A stretch of DNA of 60,036 nt, filler included, from Platydemus manokwari (GCA_037951405.1; 6 parts of 6 records of this genome joined end to end with filler, not necessarily neighbours in it); one strand, 5' to 3'; positions 11,580-25,249 are shown, numbered from the whole stretch's first letter. Program-made: numbers and translations. The notes: generated by a model not told the origin, from the sequence alone.

Positions 11580-13130
11580 AAATAAATAAAACTTGACTCG
11601 AATTCGAAGGTAAATATGTTTATCGGTGTATTGATCAATACACGAATTACAAAATCTCAACCCAAACTGGGCTTTCAACCGGAATTTGTCCATCTTTACA
11701 TCGATTTTTATATTCTCGATCTGTATGTATTTTTTGTGTCATGTTACTTCATATTTTGATTTGATATTTGTTTTTCTGTGTTCTTATTGGGTTTTTAAGT
11801 TTTTATATGAGTGGGATTGGTCAATCCCTATGTGTGTGTTGTTATGTGCCTATGCTCCTTTTTCCAATTGTAGTTCACCATCTAATTTCAATATGATTGG
11901 CTGACTGCTATGCATGTATGACCGTGTAGGCTTATCAATGTTTAAAGTGTCAAAACAAGGGTTTCAAGGTCCAATTTTGTTTTTTTTTGCAGAATTTCAT
12001 CTCATTCAACATTAAGATCAATCATAACATACTTCAAAAATTTAAGTCGTCCAGCAGTCAAGTACTGAAACAGGTCATCTAGATTATTCTGGGTTTAATT
12101 TGTCATCATCATAAAATTGATCAAATTTCTGAAGGCCATGATTACTACAAATGATTATACAAATCATATAAATGATAAAATATTGGATTAAAATATGTAG
12201 TCAAGATTTTTGGTGCTACAATATACATAAATAATAAATTATAACAAAATACCAATAATTGAAAAGCACTATTTTGCAAATAAAAAACAGTTATGTTAAA
12301 GCAGTATTGAAAATGAAGGCAATTACACAATCAAGAGTAAACAATTCACAATGAGCCTTGTTTTCAGAAATAATAAAGCGAATCAGGTTATAACTAAATA
12401 TTAAGACGGCACGTTGATTTATCTGAAATAGTAGGGCATATTGGTTATTAATTCTATAAAATAATTTGAATAATTACTTGAAATATGAAAAAACATAAAA
12501 ATTGCTAAATTTAATACATAATAGTGCAATTGATAATAACAATCAATAATTATATTATTAATAAATATATTATTATTAATAAATATTTTGAAATAAATGT
12601 AATTTGCTACAAATGTTATTATTTAGTAATAAATTGGGAAGATGTTGTAAATAGTAGTTATTTTGGAAAATTAGAGACGAGTCACATCAAAAATGTTTAT
12701 GTATTTCGTGCAGAAAATTGTAATTACATAGCGGCTCAACTCTGCATAATACAATTTCAATAAAAGACTTACAAATTATGTTTGATTGTAAATTGATTTT
12801 CTTCGGAACACGTGTAGTTGTAAAGCAGTAGAGTACAGTAAAGTATGTTTCAGAACTTTTAGTGAATCAGTGGAAAATTGTAAAATTATAGAATTTAGTT
12901 GAATATCTTCATGGCTTATAAAATGTTGATATCAATAAGTTGCTTTGAATTATTGATCCGATTTTGCTTATCACTGATTTGGATGAATATTTGAACCGAG
13001 GTTTCTCGCTTTCTTAATTTCTTTTGGAATGTTTTTTCTGTTATAAATTTCAGACTTTTTCGCGTTATATTTCTCTATCACTATGGTAATTTATTCTGAT
13101 TTATCGTGGCCAGGAGCTTGTTTAATTTAT
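11580..13130 (-). mobile_element. Decayed, internally deleted LINE-like element
   Basis: KQAPGHDK (about 13100-13123) and IPKE...KIF RT-like motifs at the 5' side. The CCHC-like C-terminus at 11600-11960 is shared with 8530-8892. Confidence 0.5.
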
Positions 13131-13948
13131 ATTGTCATATACTCGGATCGTTCAAATTACATAATAAGAATTGGCACAAATTTAATGAGATCATCAACCT
13201 GCAATACTCCGAAAAACAAAAGTTTTAAAAGACGGACGTCAAATCACAACAGGATGAACACTCGACTCGAAAAACAACGATTGAATTTATCGACCAATAA
13301 AGTCTAGTAGTTGCTCTCAACACTCGACTGCTCCTAAAGAATTGTTGGGTGTCTGTTGTCCTTCATCTTTACTTTTTATTTGTTTGAACCACCTGAAGAC
13401 TAGCATACTGGCAATTTTTTTATCTCTCAAGTCAATGATCAACCTATTTATAGATTGATAGTTTAAAAGCATCTGACTGACTGCTGACAGATCCATTCAT
13501 CGTGCTTATGGTTTCATGTTGTTTCATGGTTTCCGTAGATATTTTGAACTTTTTTGTCATATTCTCTACAATATGATACTTCATAAATCATATAATTAAT
13601 TAAATTTTTCATTTTATTCAATGGATGTCATTGAATTGTATTACCAATGACTCATTTAAGTTACTAAAAAATATGACTGGAATTTTTTCTGTTGTATTTT
13701 TAGATCAAGTTAAATGAATATATGTTGTTCACAAAGTTTATTAACATGCATCACGAACTTTTCGTTTGAAATACTCTTTAATAAACACAATTTTTTGTAA
13801 TAAATTGGATTTGTTGTTTTAATTTTGGGAAGACAGAATTTTTTTTCGGGTTTAATACTGTCAAGTTCTAAATTCTTTCAGATCTTGTTATTTCCATATA
13901 TGATATTTCGTAAAAGCATTGTTCAGTTTTACTTGTCAACGGTTTTTC

Positions 13949-14058
13949 AGGCGATGTCCAAAATATGGATTGGTTTTACACTACTCGTTTCGTTAATATA
14001 TTCTTATATATTAACGAAACGAGTAGTGTAAAATCAATCCAAATTTTGGACATCGCCT
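13949..14058. repeat. Long inverted repeat / hairpin
   Basis: 53-bp arms (13949-14001 and 14006-14058) with 2 mismatches and a 4-nt loop. Imperfect pairing extends to about 13920-14090. Confidence 0.95.
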
Positions 14059-14805
14059 TAAATAAACCGCCTGAGAGCCAATACTGAAATTGAGATAAAA
14101 GATATAAATTTATCACTAAACAAAATATCCATATTTTTTGTCGCCTTGATTGATGATCTGAATTCATTTTACCTTCAACCAAATAATCATTGTAAACTAA
14201 CTCTCGGTAAAATGTGGTGATTATGAAAAAATCAATGAAATGATTAAATAAAGCCCAAAAATATAAAAATAATAAATTCTATTGTCTTCAGTCATTTTAT
14301 TTAAAATTTTTATTACATAATACTTATTGAGATCGATTTTTACCACAATTACAAAGCGTTAATAAATATCCACTCGAATAATTGCCGTCTCAGTTTAGAT
14401 GGTGTTTCAAATTTCGGTCTTTCATATTAGAAGCATATTATCAGAAATATGATAAGTGAAAAATATAAGAAATGGAGATCAACCGATAATGGCGTCTTGA
14501 GCAGGAGATAAGTGAATTCATCATAATTATCTCAATTCAAAATTTATTGTTTACTTTAGATTTTATATGAATGAGAAAAATTCGCTCATAAATTTTCATC
14601 TGGTTTTTATCAGATAAATGTTTTTTTTCAGATAAAATTTACTAATATTTTTATGAAATATTATAACAGTTTATATATTACTTGAATATATATATTTTGG
14701 ATAAATATCATTATATCATTTCAAGATTTCAAGATTCCATTATTATTTATTTGATGAAATCAAAATTGATTTCTGGCTATAATTATTGTATTTTGTTATT
14801 TAAGC

Positions 14806-15164
14806 CAGTGGTCTTCACACTTTTTGTGTTGCGACCCACTTTACGAGTCCACATCTTTTTGCGACACTCCTGGGGACTAAAATAGAAATAATAAAGTAAA
14901 TTTTTTAATAATATTTTTTTTGACACCAAAAAATTAAAATATATTTAATAATAACAACGATTTTCTATATTCTAGCATAAAACATCAAAATCTTGGTTCT
15001 ATTTCGGTGATGGCTGGTCTCAGTACTAATTCCAGATCTTTAAAATTCGATCGATATTTTGTCTTAATATAAGTCAGTGTCGAATATGAAATTTCTCGAG
15101 ACCCATAAAAAAATTTTCACGACTCATTGGTAGGTCGAGCCACCCCCCATTTTGAATAACACTG
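14806..15164. mobile_element. Non-autonomous hAT-type MITE
   Basis: Ends CAGTGGTCTTCA... and ...TGAATAACACTG, flanked by an 8-bp TSD atttaagc (14798-14805) / atttaagg (15165-15172). A partial inverted copy is at 36123-36257. Confidence 0.8.
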
Positions 15165-15229
15165 ATTTAAGGCACTCATTTTATCAATAATGTATTTTGA
15201 GAAACTCTGCCTATCAAATTCTCTAGATA

Positions 15230-15420
15230 AATTTCTCTATATTCAAATTTCTATTTCTTCTCTACTTTATATAATCTCTGTATCTTCTTAATAACTCTAA
15301 TTTTTCTATATCTTCATTATAGAGTTACTTTTTCTTCTTTATTCTATACAACTTTACTATATCTTCTTCACATCTTCTCTATATCTTCTTCACATCTTCT
15401 CTATATCTACCTTCTCTACT
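15230..15420. repeat. CT-rich low-complexity / minisatellite
   Basis: Repeated tatcttcttcacatcttctcta units and variants. Confidence 0.7.
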
Positions 15421-16594
15421 ACACTTCCATTCCACAGACATTGTCAGAATCGAATCCAAATGCGTGGTAGCCATGTAAGCAACTACTATTTTATAAAGTA
15501 TACCAATGGTTAGACACAAATTATATTTTAATTACAATTAAAATATAAACAGGCTAGATTTTGAATATCGATTTAATATAAATAATTACAAGAAGTATGA
15601 AATAATCTGATAGTTAATAAGTAGATGAAAGCTTAGCAATTTATTAGAATGCTTCAATATTCGTCAAAGCTAATACACTGTGAATGATAAACCAATTTTT
15701 TATAATAAACACCATTGGCAGGTATTCATAAGAGTGAGCAGAGACAAAAATGATGTAATTATAAATCGATTACATTTATTGTATCAAATCGAAAATCTTT
15801 ATTTAAAATGGAAAGCTTTGAGTTTCATCCAGTGACTGTAATTCGCTCAACCTATTACTCCCACTGTTACTTCTTTTATCTAACAAGTGAGTTTATTTTA
15901 TATTTGGGTTTTCTAATCGATAAGAACATGCATCGGGAATCGCTTAATGCACAAAATTTATTATTTTTATTCAAATAAATAAACAAACATTGAGTTGTGC
16001 ACTTCAATACTAAATAAACGTAGCTCGAGAGCAGGAGGAACCTTTTCAAAACTAAAGATTATTTGACATACGGATTTAAATATTTATCATGATTTATGGC
16101 TTGTCAAATTTATTTTATATATTTTCTTTGCCAAGTAATTTTTGGCATGGGTATTCAAACCAATTTCAAATGAACCCATTCGGATTGAATTTTGTAATTT
16201 TATTGCATTGCAGTAAACGACAGCAACAGCGATCATCATTTTTGGTTTATAATTTTGTCTGTAAAATTAATTTTCATCATTGCAGTGGCTTTAAGCTATT
16301 TTATTATTTTATAAGTAAAATTATCATCATTTTATTATAATGTCATTCAAGATGAAATAATTTTTTGTCTTTTTATTACGATTAAAATATACTTAACTAA
16401 GATTCGCTTAATTAATTAAAATTATTGATTATATCGATTTTATTATAAATTTAAATAAATTATACATCTATACAATGCAAATTCATAACATTTAACGGTG
16501 TCTAAGGTAATGAATGTATTATCACAGCATTCTCAAAGGACAGTATAGACTGAAATATGCAAGTTAAGATAAATAAAAGTTAAACTGAGTCACG

Positions 16595-18345
16595 TTAGGC
16601 ATTTGATGGAAAAAATCATTTAATCGATAAATTGTTCTCATCTTTCTATACTGAAGTGGTGGATAATGTGCTGTGTGACAACCGGTTGTTACATGATGAA
16701 TTTGATAAGAGTAATTGATTACGTAATAAATTATTCACTATGAATTTATACTCATTCATTCCATAATAAAAGCTAATGTTCACAGATCCATTGATCAATT
16801 TATGAAATTCACAACTCCATTTTGGTTTTCATTTTATAATTTGACAAACACATTTGGACACCAGATTATTTGATAAGGCTTTTGATTATTCTAATTAAAA
16901 AAATTATATTTTGCAATTAATAAATAAAAGCTTTTTCGTTTGACTATTTATTTAATTACTCAACCTTAAAATTTTTTGTCTAAATTAATTCCTAATATAA
17001 GAAAATATTAAATAAAGTTTTGTTAATGATTTGGCAATTGAATGTAACAACTAAATCACAAATATACCACTGCCGAGTGCACACTGACAAATGATCACTA
17101 GGATCAATAAAGCTCAACAGTAAAGTTGTTGACCACAAAAAATTAAGCCAGTGGTTTTAAATCAAAGTTCCGATTGACCAAGGAGTTTCATCATGATAGA
17201 TTAAGAGGAATTCGAGTCACTTGTGCTAAACTGGTTTCCAGTTAGAGGAAAGAACAAAGCAGGATCTGTGTCGTCAACCGTTTTTCAGCACGATAACATC
17301 CTTTACTATTTTTTTAAAAATGAACTTTTGGTTTCTTGTATTTGGTTGATAGGCATGGATAACTGAACTGAATTTTTGCTAAAAACATTCTCAATTGTAC
17401 TATTGTCAAACGTCGCGACAATGTGCGCACAAATTTCTTACGGGGAATAAAGTAGGAAGTTATGAATTCTAATATTTTAGAACATAGTTACGGGTATTAT
17501 CAGCATGCAAATTTTAAGAATAAAATAAAAAACATTGTTCTGCGACGAATGTGGTATTTTCAACGAAGTCCACACCCATTAAAGAGTTGAAAAACACTGA
17601 ATCACAAGATGTGGTCACTAGTTTGTTGTTTGAGATTTCCATTAATTAGAAGATGAGGAGCATATTTCGATATTTGATTTTGACTAATATTAATCAATTA
17701 TAATTCCTCCATAAATGCAATACTAAATTACAGATGACATACAAGTAAAATTAACGCTTGTTTTGTTGTCAATGTTGTCACAAATAATTTTTACAATGTA
17801 TGAAATGATCAAAAGCAAAATGCTTTAAAGAGGGCAAAGCATATATACAACACAAAAAGTTGCAAACAAAGTCTTTATCAGTCACATGGAATTTGGTTAC
17901 CGATCACAAAAAGCACCTCAATTCCACTAGTGAAATTACATAAAATTAACATCTTTATTTTTGTCATATCAACGATATAACTACTCACATCGATTATTAG
18001 CACCTGAAATTGCGAGGTATTTCAGTAAGTTCACCAATATAATTTCCACTGAGTTATGGATTGCTATGAATAGGAAACGACTATAGGATAAGACTAAATT
18101 TATACTTTGAAAAAGTTATGTATTATTACTAGTGGGTTACTCACTTAATGGACAATTGATGTGTTTATTTGTGTGATATAATCACGGAAAATACACGGAT
18201 CTTAGGGCTATCATTACTTGTGAGAGGAGGTATCAAAATTATTCTCAAGCATTCAAAAAATTTGAAAACAGATTTTGCAACACACTCCTTGACGTTGATA
18301 TAGAACTTTATAAAGAGATATATTCTCTCGAATTGTTGAAAATCG
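16595..18345 (+). mobile_element. Possible highly decayed Transib/RAG1-like transposase
   Basis: Ordered remnants *AFDG (cf. WGFDG), HRLLAPEIARYF, IITSG, HG, then an SEE-like segment and RDIFSR. Many stops and frameshifts; no TIR found. Confidence 0.3.
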
Positions 18346-19687
18346 AGTTTATTTTATATTGTTAAAAATGACAGAAATTAAAAAAAAAATTATTCGCAAA
18401 TCTTTATGAAATGGAGGTTAAGGATTTTTACACCTGGTACATCGGGAAATAAAATTCCCGCTGATTTTTGCAATATACTTAATTTAGGTGAAATTTAAAT
18501 AAAAATAATTCAAGAAAGAAAAAGTTTAAAATCATTACACACACAAATATATATTGTATGCGATATCAAAATTATGTTGAAAATCAACCAAAATTATTTG
18601 TAAATAAAGATTTTATCTTTATATTAATGAAAGTAGCGAACATTTTGAAAGTCTTTGCCAAGTAATTGTTAGTGGTTTACTGTGGGACAATTTATATTTA
18701 TAATGAAAAGTTATATAGAGTATTATATACTTTTAATCAATCATTTGTTTAAATATTTGTATAATAAATTGGAATTTAAAAATTTTAAAATCAGATTTAT
18801 ATAAAATATTTATTTGCTTGAGTAATAGTAATTAAAATATAATTTGATGACATTACTTTTCCACTCATTCTCAATGCATACTTTATGAAATAGCACCGGC
18901 TTACAACAACAGCATCAATAATAATAAGTATAATTGTTATTATTACTATCAATTCTTGTACTTTGTTAAACAAAATTAAGAGAAAATAAGTTATTATTAT
19001 TATAAATTAAAAATCTTAGCAATGTATCTTGCGCTAATCTAATGAAATTTGTTTGCTGTGATTAATTCATTAAATACGAAAGTATATTTAACCAAATTAC
19101 TTAAAGGTATTTCTTGTCATCTATTGTGTTAGCCGCTACTATTTTAAAAACTACACATTAAAAACGAACTGAAAATTCAAGACACCATAAATCTATTTAA
19201 ATACAAATATTTAAACAAATAAATTTAATTTTATATAAAATTAAACTTGAATTAAAAATTTAATTCATTTAAAATATCTCACATTGCATTATAAAAGATT
19301 AAATATTCTTCATAGATATTATTTATAATAAAACTCCTATATTTATTAATAAAAGTATTGAGATGATGCGAATATCAATAATACTAATACTAAGAAAGTC
19401 AAAATAAAAAATCTGATAAATTAGATAAAGATCATTTAATAAATAAAACATTGAGATGAGATTAAATTCGACAGACATAAGGATCAATATTAAACAAATT
19501 GGATCTAAAAACTTTAAAGACTCTCGCATTGTAGAAGGATTATAAAACGTGAATAAATTACCCTAAATTTCATACGTTAAGCAGAATTTATCTAACGATT
19601 AGCTGTCTGTTGAATAGACTCGATTATTATTTGTTGATATCCATCTAATTGCGATACAAAAAGAAAAGCACCAGTGAAAAGAGGTAG

Positions 19688-19695
19688 TATAAATA
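19688..19695 (+). promoter_or_regulatory. TATA box of the prohormone-like gene
   Basis: TATAAATA about 100 bp upstream of ATG 19792. A candidate 5'UTR intron GT..AG lies at 19739-19784. Confidence 0.45.
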
Positions 19696-19791
19696 AGCTA
19701 GAAAATAATTTTTCTCTTTAAATTAATAGAGGAATCAAGTAAAATATTTAATACCTATATAAGATTTAATTATTTTTTCGCTAGGATATCA

Positions 19792-20041
19792 ATGAAGTTG
19801 CGCTGTTTACTAATCCTTTGTTGGTTGGTAATTGTTATCAATGGCAAGGCAGTAAATATTGATAAAGTCAGTTCAAACAGCCCTTATGAATTGCTGAAGT
19901 TATAAGCAAAGATTTAATAGCCATTTATTTCATGTTTGTTTTTTTAGGAAACGATTTTTAGCAGAAAATCAATTGCTGCAAATGATCAGAAGTAATAATC
20001 GAAAAGTTGGCCATGGCTTAATTGATATTGATGAGTTGTGA
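19792..20041 (+). CDS. Secreted neuropeptide/prohormone-like precursor, 66 aa (exons 19792-19898, 19948-20041)
   Basis: Splicing the 49-nt GT..ttttttag intron gives MKLRCLLILCWLVIVINGKAVNIDKVSSNSPYELLKKRFLAENQLLQMIRSNNRKVGHGLIDIDEL*. It has a signal peptide and KKR and RK basic sites. Confidence 0.75.
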
Positions 20042-20649
20042 GTTTGTAGCTGTTAAATATTTATACAATAATTAAAATAATATTTTATTTATATTAATAT
20101 TCTAGTTATTAAAATTATATAATCATAGTAAATATTATTTTTAACCAAATCATATTCTAAAATTATTGGTTCGATCTTTACTATAATAGGCGATATTACA
20201 AGCAATATTATAAGTAATTATTAATTTTATCATCATAAAAATTATTATAATAATTGTATTACTGATAGATATTTGAAACAAATTTATTATTTTAATTATA
20301 ATCAGTATTATTGTTGCCATAATTATTTTCACTAAAAATGAATCTATAATAATAATTATTCTGGCTGATCATTCTACTTATCGACACCTGGTCGAGTACC
20401 CTATTTCCTCACGTATTGATAATAATTTACACTTGGAAATTATATTTTGATTCTGAACAATAATTTTTACTTTTATCAATTTAAAGGTTACGTTTAACAT
20501 TTCCAAATCATTTTCAAATCAATTAGATGAATGCCAACCATTTCAGTGACCATTGTTTATTTATATTTTAATAATATACCAGGTGTGTCGGTAATTCCTT
20601 TCCGGTTTTTTCGCTAAACAAAAAAAAACAAAACACAAACAAAACAAAA

Positions 20650-20749
20650 NNNNNNNNNNNNNNNNNNNNNNNNNNNNNNNNNNNNNNNNNNNNTTAATTA
20701 ATTAANNNNNNNNNNNNNNNNNNNNNNNNNNNNNNNNNNNNNNNNNNNN
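20650..20749. other. Artificial contig spacer
   Basis: N run with central TTAATTAATTAA. Confidence 0.98.
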
Positions 20750-21279
20750 ATTTTGTATGTTATCGATAATAGTAATGACATACATTATCTTAATTTAATA
20801 ACAAAGATTTATTTTGTGTGATAAAATTCTATAAAATCCCATTAACTTTAGCAAATAATTCCAAATAACCATTGTAAATTGGATTAAAAGGTTAAATTAG
20901 CTTTATAATTATAATTTCTAAGATAATACATACCCCTCCTCTAACCCCATATGGATCGCACATAATTAAAGAATAAAATTAACAAATATAATAATTACAA
21001 CAGAAATATTGTTCCAATATATACGATTAAAGCTCCATGTTGATTAGTCAGAAACTTGTCCTATTAAAAGCGTCGAAAAACTTGACATTAATCGGTATGT
21101 AATCTTCAACAACCTGCGTCACACCAGATGGTACTGGTGGTGTTTTACCAAATAATAATTAAATATATAGTTTGTGTCTCAATGAATAATGTTTTTTAAT
21201 ATTACTGAACTCAACAATTCGCAGAATAATAATCTCCAAGATATTCTCGACTAATATTTGAACAACTTGTTAGTTTATT

Positions 21280-21610
21280 TCAAATAAATGACCCACAATA
21301 AACTCATAGTCTCTAATAAAGAACACTTGTTATTCTTTGCCATTTTTACATTAACATTGTATTTTAAGTATTTTTAGAAAATCACTAATTATTTTTTACC
21401 AATGTTTTCTCTCTGATATTATTATTTATTTTGACAACTAATAAAATAAATTGTTTTATTTAAAAATTGCGTATATATTGCTAAGCAATCCCACAAAATC
21501 CATAGTAATTAAAAAATGGGAAAAATTAATGAAAATCATTTATATATAGCCATACATTTTGGTAGAACCGATGGACCAGTTGTTCATACAATTACCGTGT
21601 AGGTGTTTTT
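21280..21610 (-). pseudogene. Polinton-type adenain-like cysteine protease remnant
   Basis: Minus strand reads VIMN/TGPSVLPKCMAIYK ... FFNYYG ... CGSF. Compare the motif IxNTDxSxxPGxHWxAxY...FDSYG...QxxxxxxCG. Frameshifted. Confidence 0.4.
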
Positions 21611-22678
21611 AACCCTCATTTGATTGGTCTGTAAATTGTTTAAATCATTGGGAATTCTTAAAAACTGACCTTATGTGTAAGCCAAGTTTAGAAACTATTT
21701 TAACTATAACAAATTCAAATCAATACATTCCCTAACACCGATATTGTCGAGAATCTAATTTTCCTTGTATATTTACTATCAATTCATATCTTGATCCTCT
21801 AGGTTTAATAACATTTCTCTTTCGATCGTTTATTCGTCTGGCATCAGTACTTAATTTGTAAATCATATTTGTGTTTCGATTCCATTGAAATATTATTTCT
21901 GTTTGATAATTTATTTTTATTTTTCAACTTTTATTTTTATCAATTTCCGTCTTGATTAAACGAAAACAGTTTTCAATTGCTATCATAATGAATTCAAAAA
22001 TATCAGATTGCGGAAAAACTTGTTTGACAATCTATTTTGATTTTCAACATTTTATTATAATTGTATTACTGTTGACAGTGTTAATTTCTTTTGGATTATA
22101 TTCAATTCAATTTGAATTCAAGAAATTTGAATACAAGAACCTTGATAAATAAAATGTTATTGTGAGTCGCATTCTGATATGAGAAATGAAATGTAATTAC
22201 AATAATTCCACGTGGAGAGTGATAATGAGATTGAGCCAAATGAGCGTAGGCTCTAAACCATTATTCCATGTTGATGAATAGAAAGAATTCAGAAACTGAT
22301 CTGTCACAGGACTATCTGTTGGAATTGACGATGGTTCAAATAATGTCTTTATGATTAAGAGCATGATTTATGTTAATTATAGAATATTTGTGTCATGAGA
22401 ATGCTGCAATAGTGATGATAAATATCCTAAGACTTTTATAATTTACAATGATAAAAATATGAATATTCGAGACAACGTGAGAGGTGTTATTTAATAGACA
22501 CAAACATTAAGAAGAATCAACGAAAGATCTTTATTTAAATTTGAGCAAAATTTTCATAAATATTACACATAATAAAATTATATTTTTCTATACTATAAAT
22601 TATAGATATCAGTAAATAACGAAAACAACAATTAAAAGAAATGAAATCCTATTATAACCATATATTTAGATAACTAAC

Positions 22679-22819
22679 ACTTTGTGTGCCATATTCTTTT
22701 AGAAAATCACGTACTGGTTCTGTATCCCAAAAAGGAACATTGGATACGCATGACTTGATATAAATAGGGTTTTTGTTTCCTCGTATAGTTACGAGAAAAA
22801 GGAAAAGTATCAATAACAT
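22679..22819 (-). CDS. Candidate first coding exon of a secreted protein
   Basis: MLLILFLFLVTIRGNKNPIYIKSCVSNVPFWDTEPVRDFLKEYGTQS, ending at a GTTAGT donor. Downstream exons were not identified. Confidence 0.35.
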
Positions 22820-25249
22820 GACCACATGATAATTTCATCAATTATTTATCTTTCATTATTTTCTACAAGCCATTTCACATGTCAAAATAATTCAAAAATT
22901 CATCGCATGTTCGATTTTAATGATTTGATTAAATGATTTTCGAATTGAATCTGTGACGTAATACTTAACTTGAACGTAAAATAATCAATTGATAGACTCA
23001 CTTCAATAAAATACTTGTCTAAAAACTATTAGAAAAATGTGACGTGAATAAATAAAGTAAAAAGTGATTAAAAAACAAAGAAAGAGAAGCACGAATTAAT
23101 CTTTCAATCGGTCTAAGAAACTAATCATATCTTTAAAATCTTGAAAATAGATTTTTATTACAGTTGATAAGCAACCATACTACCGGATATAGTATTTTTC
23201 GATTGGATGATAAGAGCGAGCCAGAAATAAAATGTTGATCAGTTAAAAATATCTATTTTATTTATAATCAAATTATAAAATAAACAAAACAAATGAAATG
23301 AAGATTAATTCTAAAAATTGTTTTAGTAAATACTTTGAGTTCATATTTGACACAAAAAATAGGATCGAATAATTAAAATCACATTAATAAGAATAAAATT
23401 TTAATAAAATATCATTCACATCAATTAAGAACTGTTGGTTCATTCAGTGTATTATAAAACATTTATCACCAATTTATTTTTATTGCAATAACACTTTCTA
23501 TGAATTATAAATTTCAAGATATTTTAATAAGCCATACAAATCAATAAATTTTTTGTCAACAAAATTTTAATTTACAATAATTTTTATCTTAAATGAACTC
23601 ATAAAAATCGTAATAGATAAACTAACCATTCAATTGGAATTCGTATGTATAAAGGTCAATTACTGATTTTATTGTCTCTGTAAAACAAATATAAAGTAAA
23701 TTGACATTAGTTTCTTGGTGTAGAAATTAAATTCTATAAAAGATATTTCTGTGGTAGCATGCTCATTATCCAAAATACGAAACATAACATAATGTCGAAT
23801 GGTATTACTACTCAACAACTACACGTTTGGTAATGATAATTTAACAATAGATAAATAATTTAAATTATTAAAAAAAATAAAAAATATTAATTGTTTCTTT
23901 GATTCATAAAACTAAATAATTAAGATTTTCATTTAATATAAATTCTACAAACAAACTAACACTGACACTGTAATATGTTTTGTATTTTCCTATTAATTAT
24001 TTATCGAATTCATCATATATGAATTTATGCTTTGTTAATATGCACATTCTAAAAATGAAATTCCTATATAATGCAATTCATAAAACCAAAAACTTGATTG
24101 TGTTGAATGAATGGCGCTAAAATATTTAGTGTGTGAATGGCAATTTCGATGTTAGTATTTGATGTTCTTTCTCATTGTTACTATTATGATATCTAGTCAT
24201 TTTCTTTAATTTTTCTGTTGTTTTTCTACAAGTATTTAAATTATTATAACCAATTATATCTAACTTTAATTTTTCTTATTATTTTGATGTGCATTAAATT
24301 TTAGACTTGAGTTTAGAAAAGAGTCCATTGTCCTACTTTCGTAATAATGAATTTTAGCGCATGAGATAATTTCATAACTTAATTTGATATATTATTGGGA
24401 TCTTTGATTTATTCGTATAATTCAGGTAATATCTCACTTTTTAGAATGTCTGGTAGGGACAAAACATAGTTGTTAAACCAAGTTCGTATTTTAATTACTG
24501 CAATTCTATATGATTATTAGAATTTTTAAATTTAAATGTTTTAAATTAATAATCGATTTAGTTAAGTACATAAATGTTTAATAATATCATTGCTTATTTT
24601 ATAAAATAACTGTTAAAATTGTTAAAAAAAGGGTCCTTGATAATTTTTAACAAATTGCAATTCGAATTACTTTGACCCTTTGTAAAAAAAATTAAATCTA
24701 ATGGATTTATAAGCTCTGGTGTATTTAATATTTGATTTCAAACAACTAAAATTCGCATTAAGTATCTAAAAAAGAATCAAAATGTTCTTAAAAATATAAA
24801 TAAATAAACTATTTAGATTTTTCAATTCACTCAACAAATTAAAAAATTTATTTAATGCCATTTTTCTTAATTTTAGCCCTTGATCAATGTAAATATTAAA
24901 GTAATGACCATTCACTTGTTAAAGATTTTTGATAGTAATATAGAGATTAGATTTAAGTTCGAATTACAAGTGAACAATTTGCTAAAATATATTGACTAAA
25001 TTATGTATCAGAAGGATTTTTGGATTAATTCTCTATAATAATATTTTACTATGACCTTTAACTTATCTGAATTTCACAGATAAGGTCGTTGCTGTAATTA
25101 AACAATCGGTGTAGTAAGAAATAATATTTAAAAATATAAATAATAAAATATAAAATGGCGACGGAATATATTTATAAATTAAATTTATCAAAATAAAGGT
25201 CGTTATACAAATCTATTGTTATAAGATTAGTATCCTCAAGATAATACTA

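Noticed and set aside
13825-14182. Two opposite ORFs with near-identical C-termini
   Set aside because: By-product of the inverted repeat; no independent coding evidence.
15440-15500. B-box-like sequence on the minus strand suggesting a tRNA or SINE
   Set aside because: No cloverleaf or clear A box; at most a decayed SINE head.
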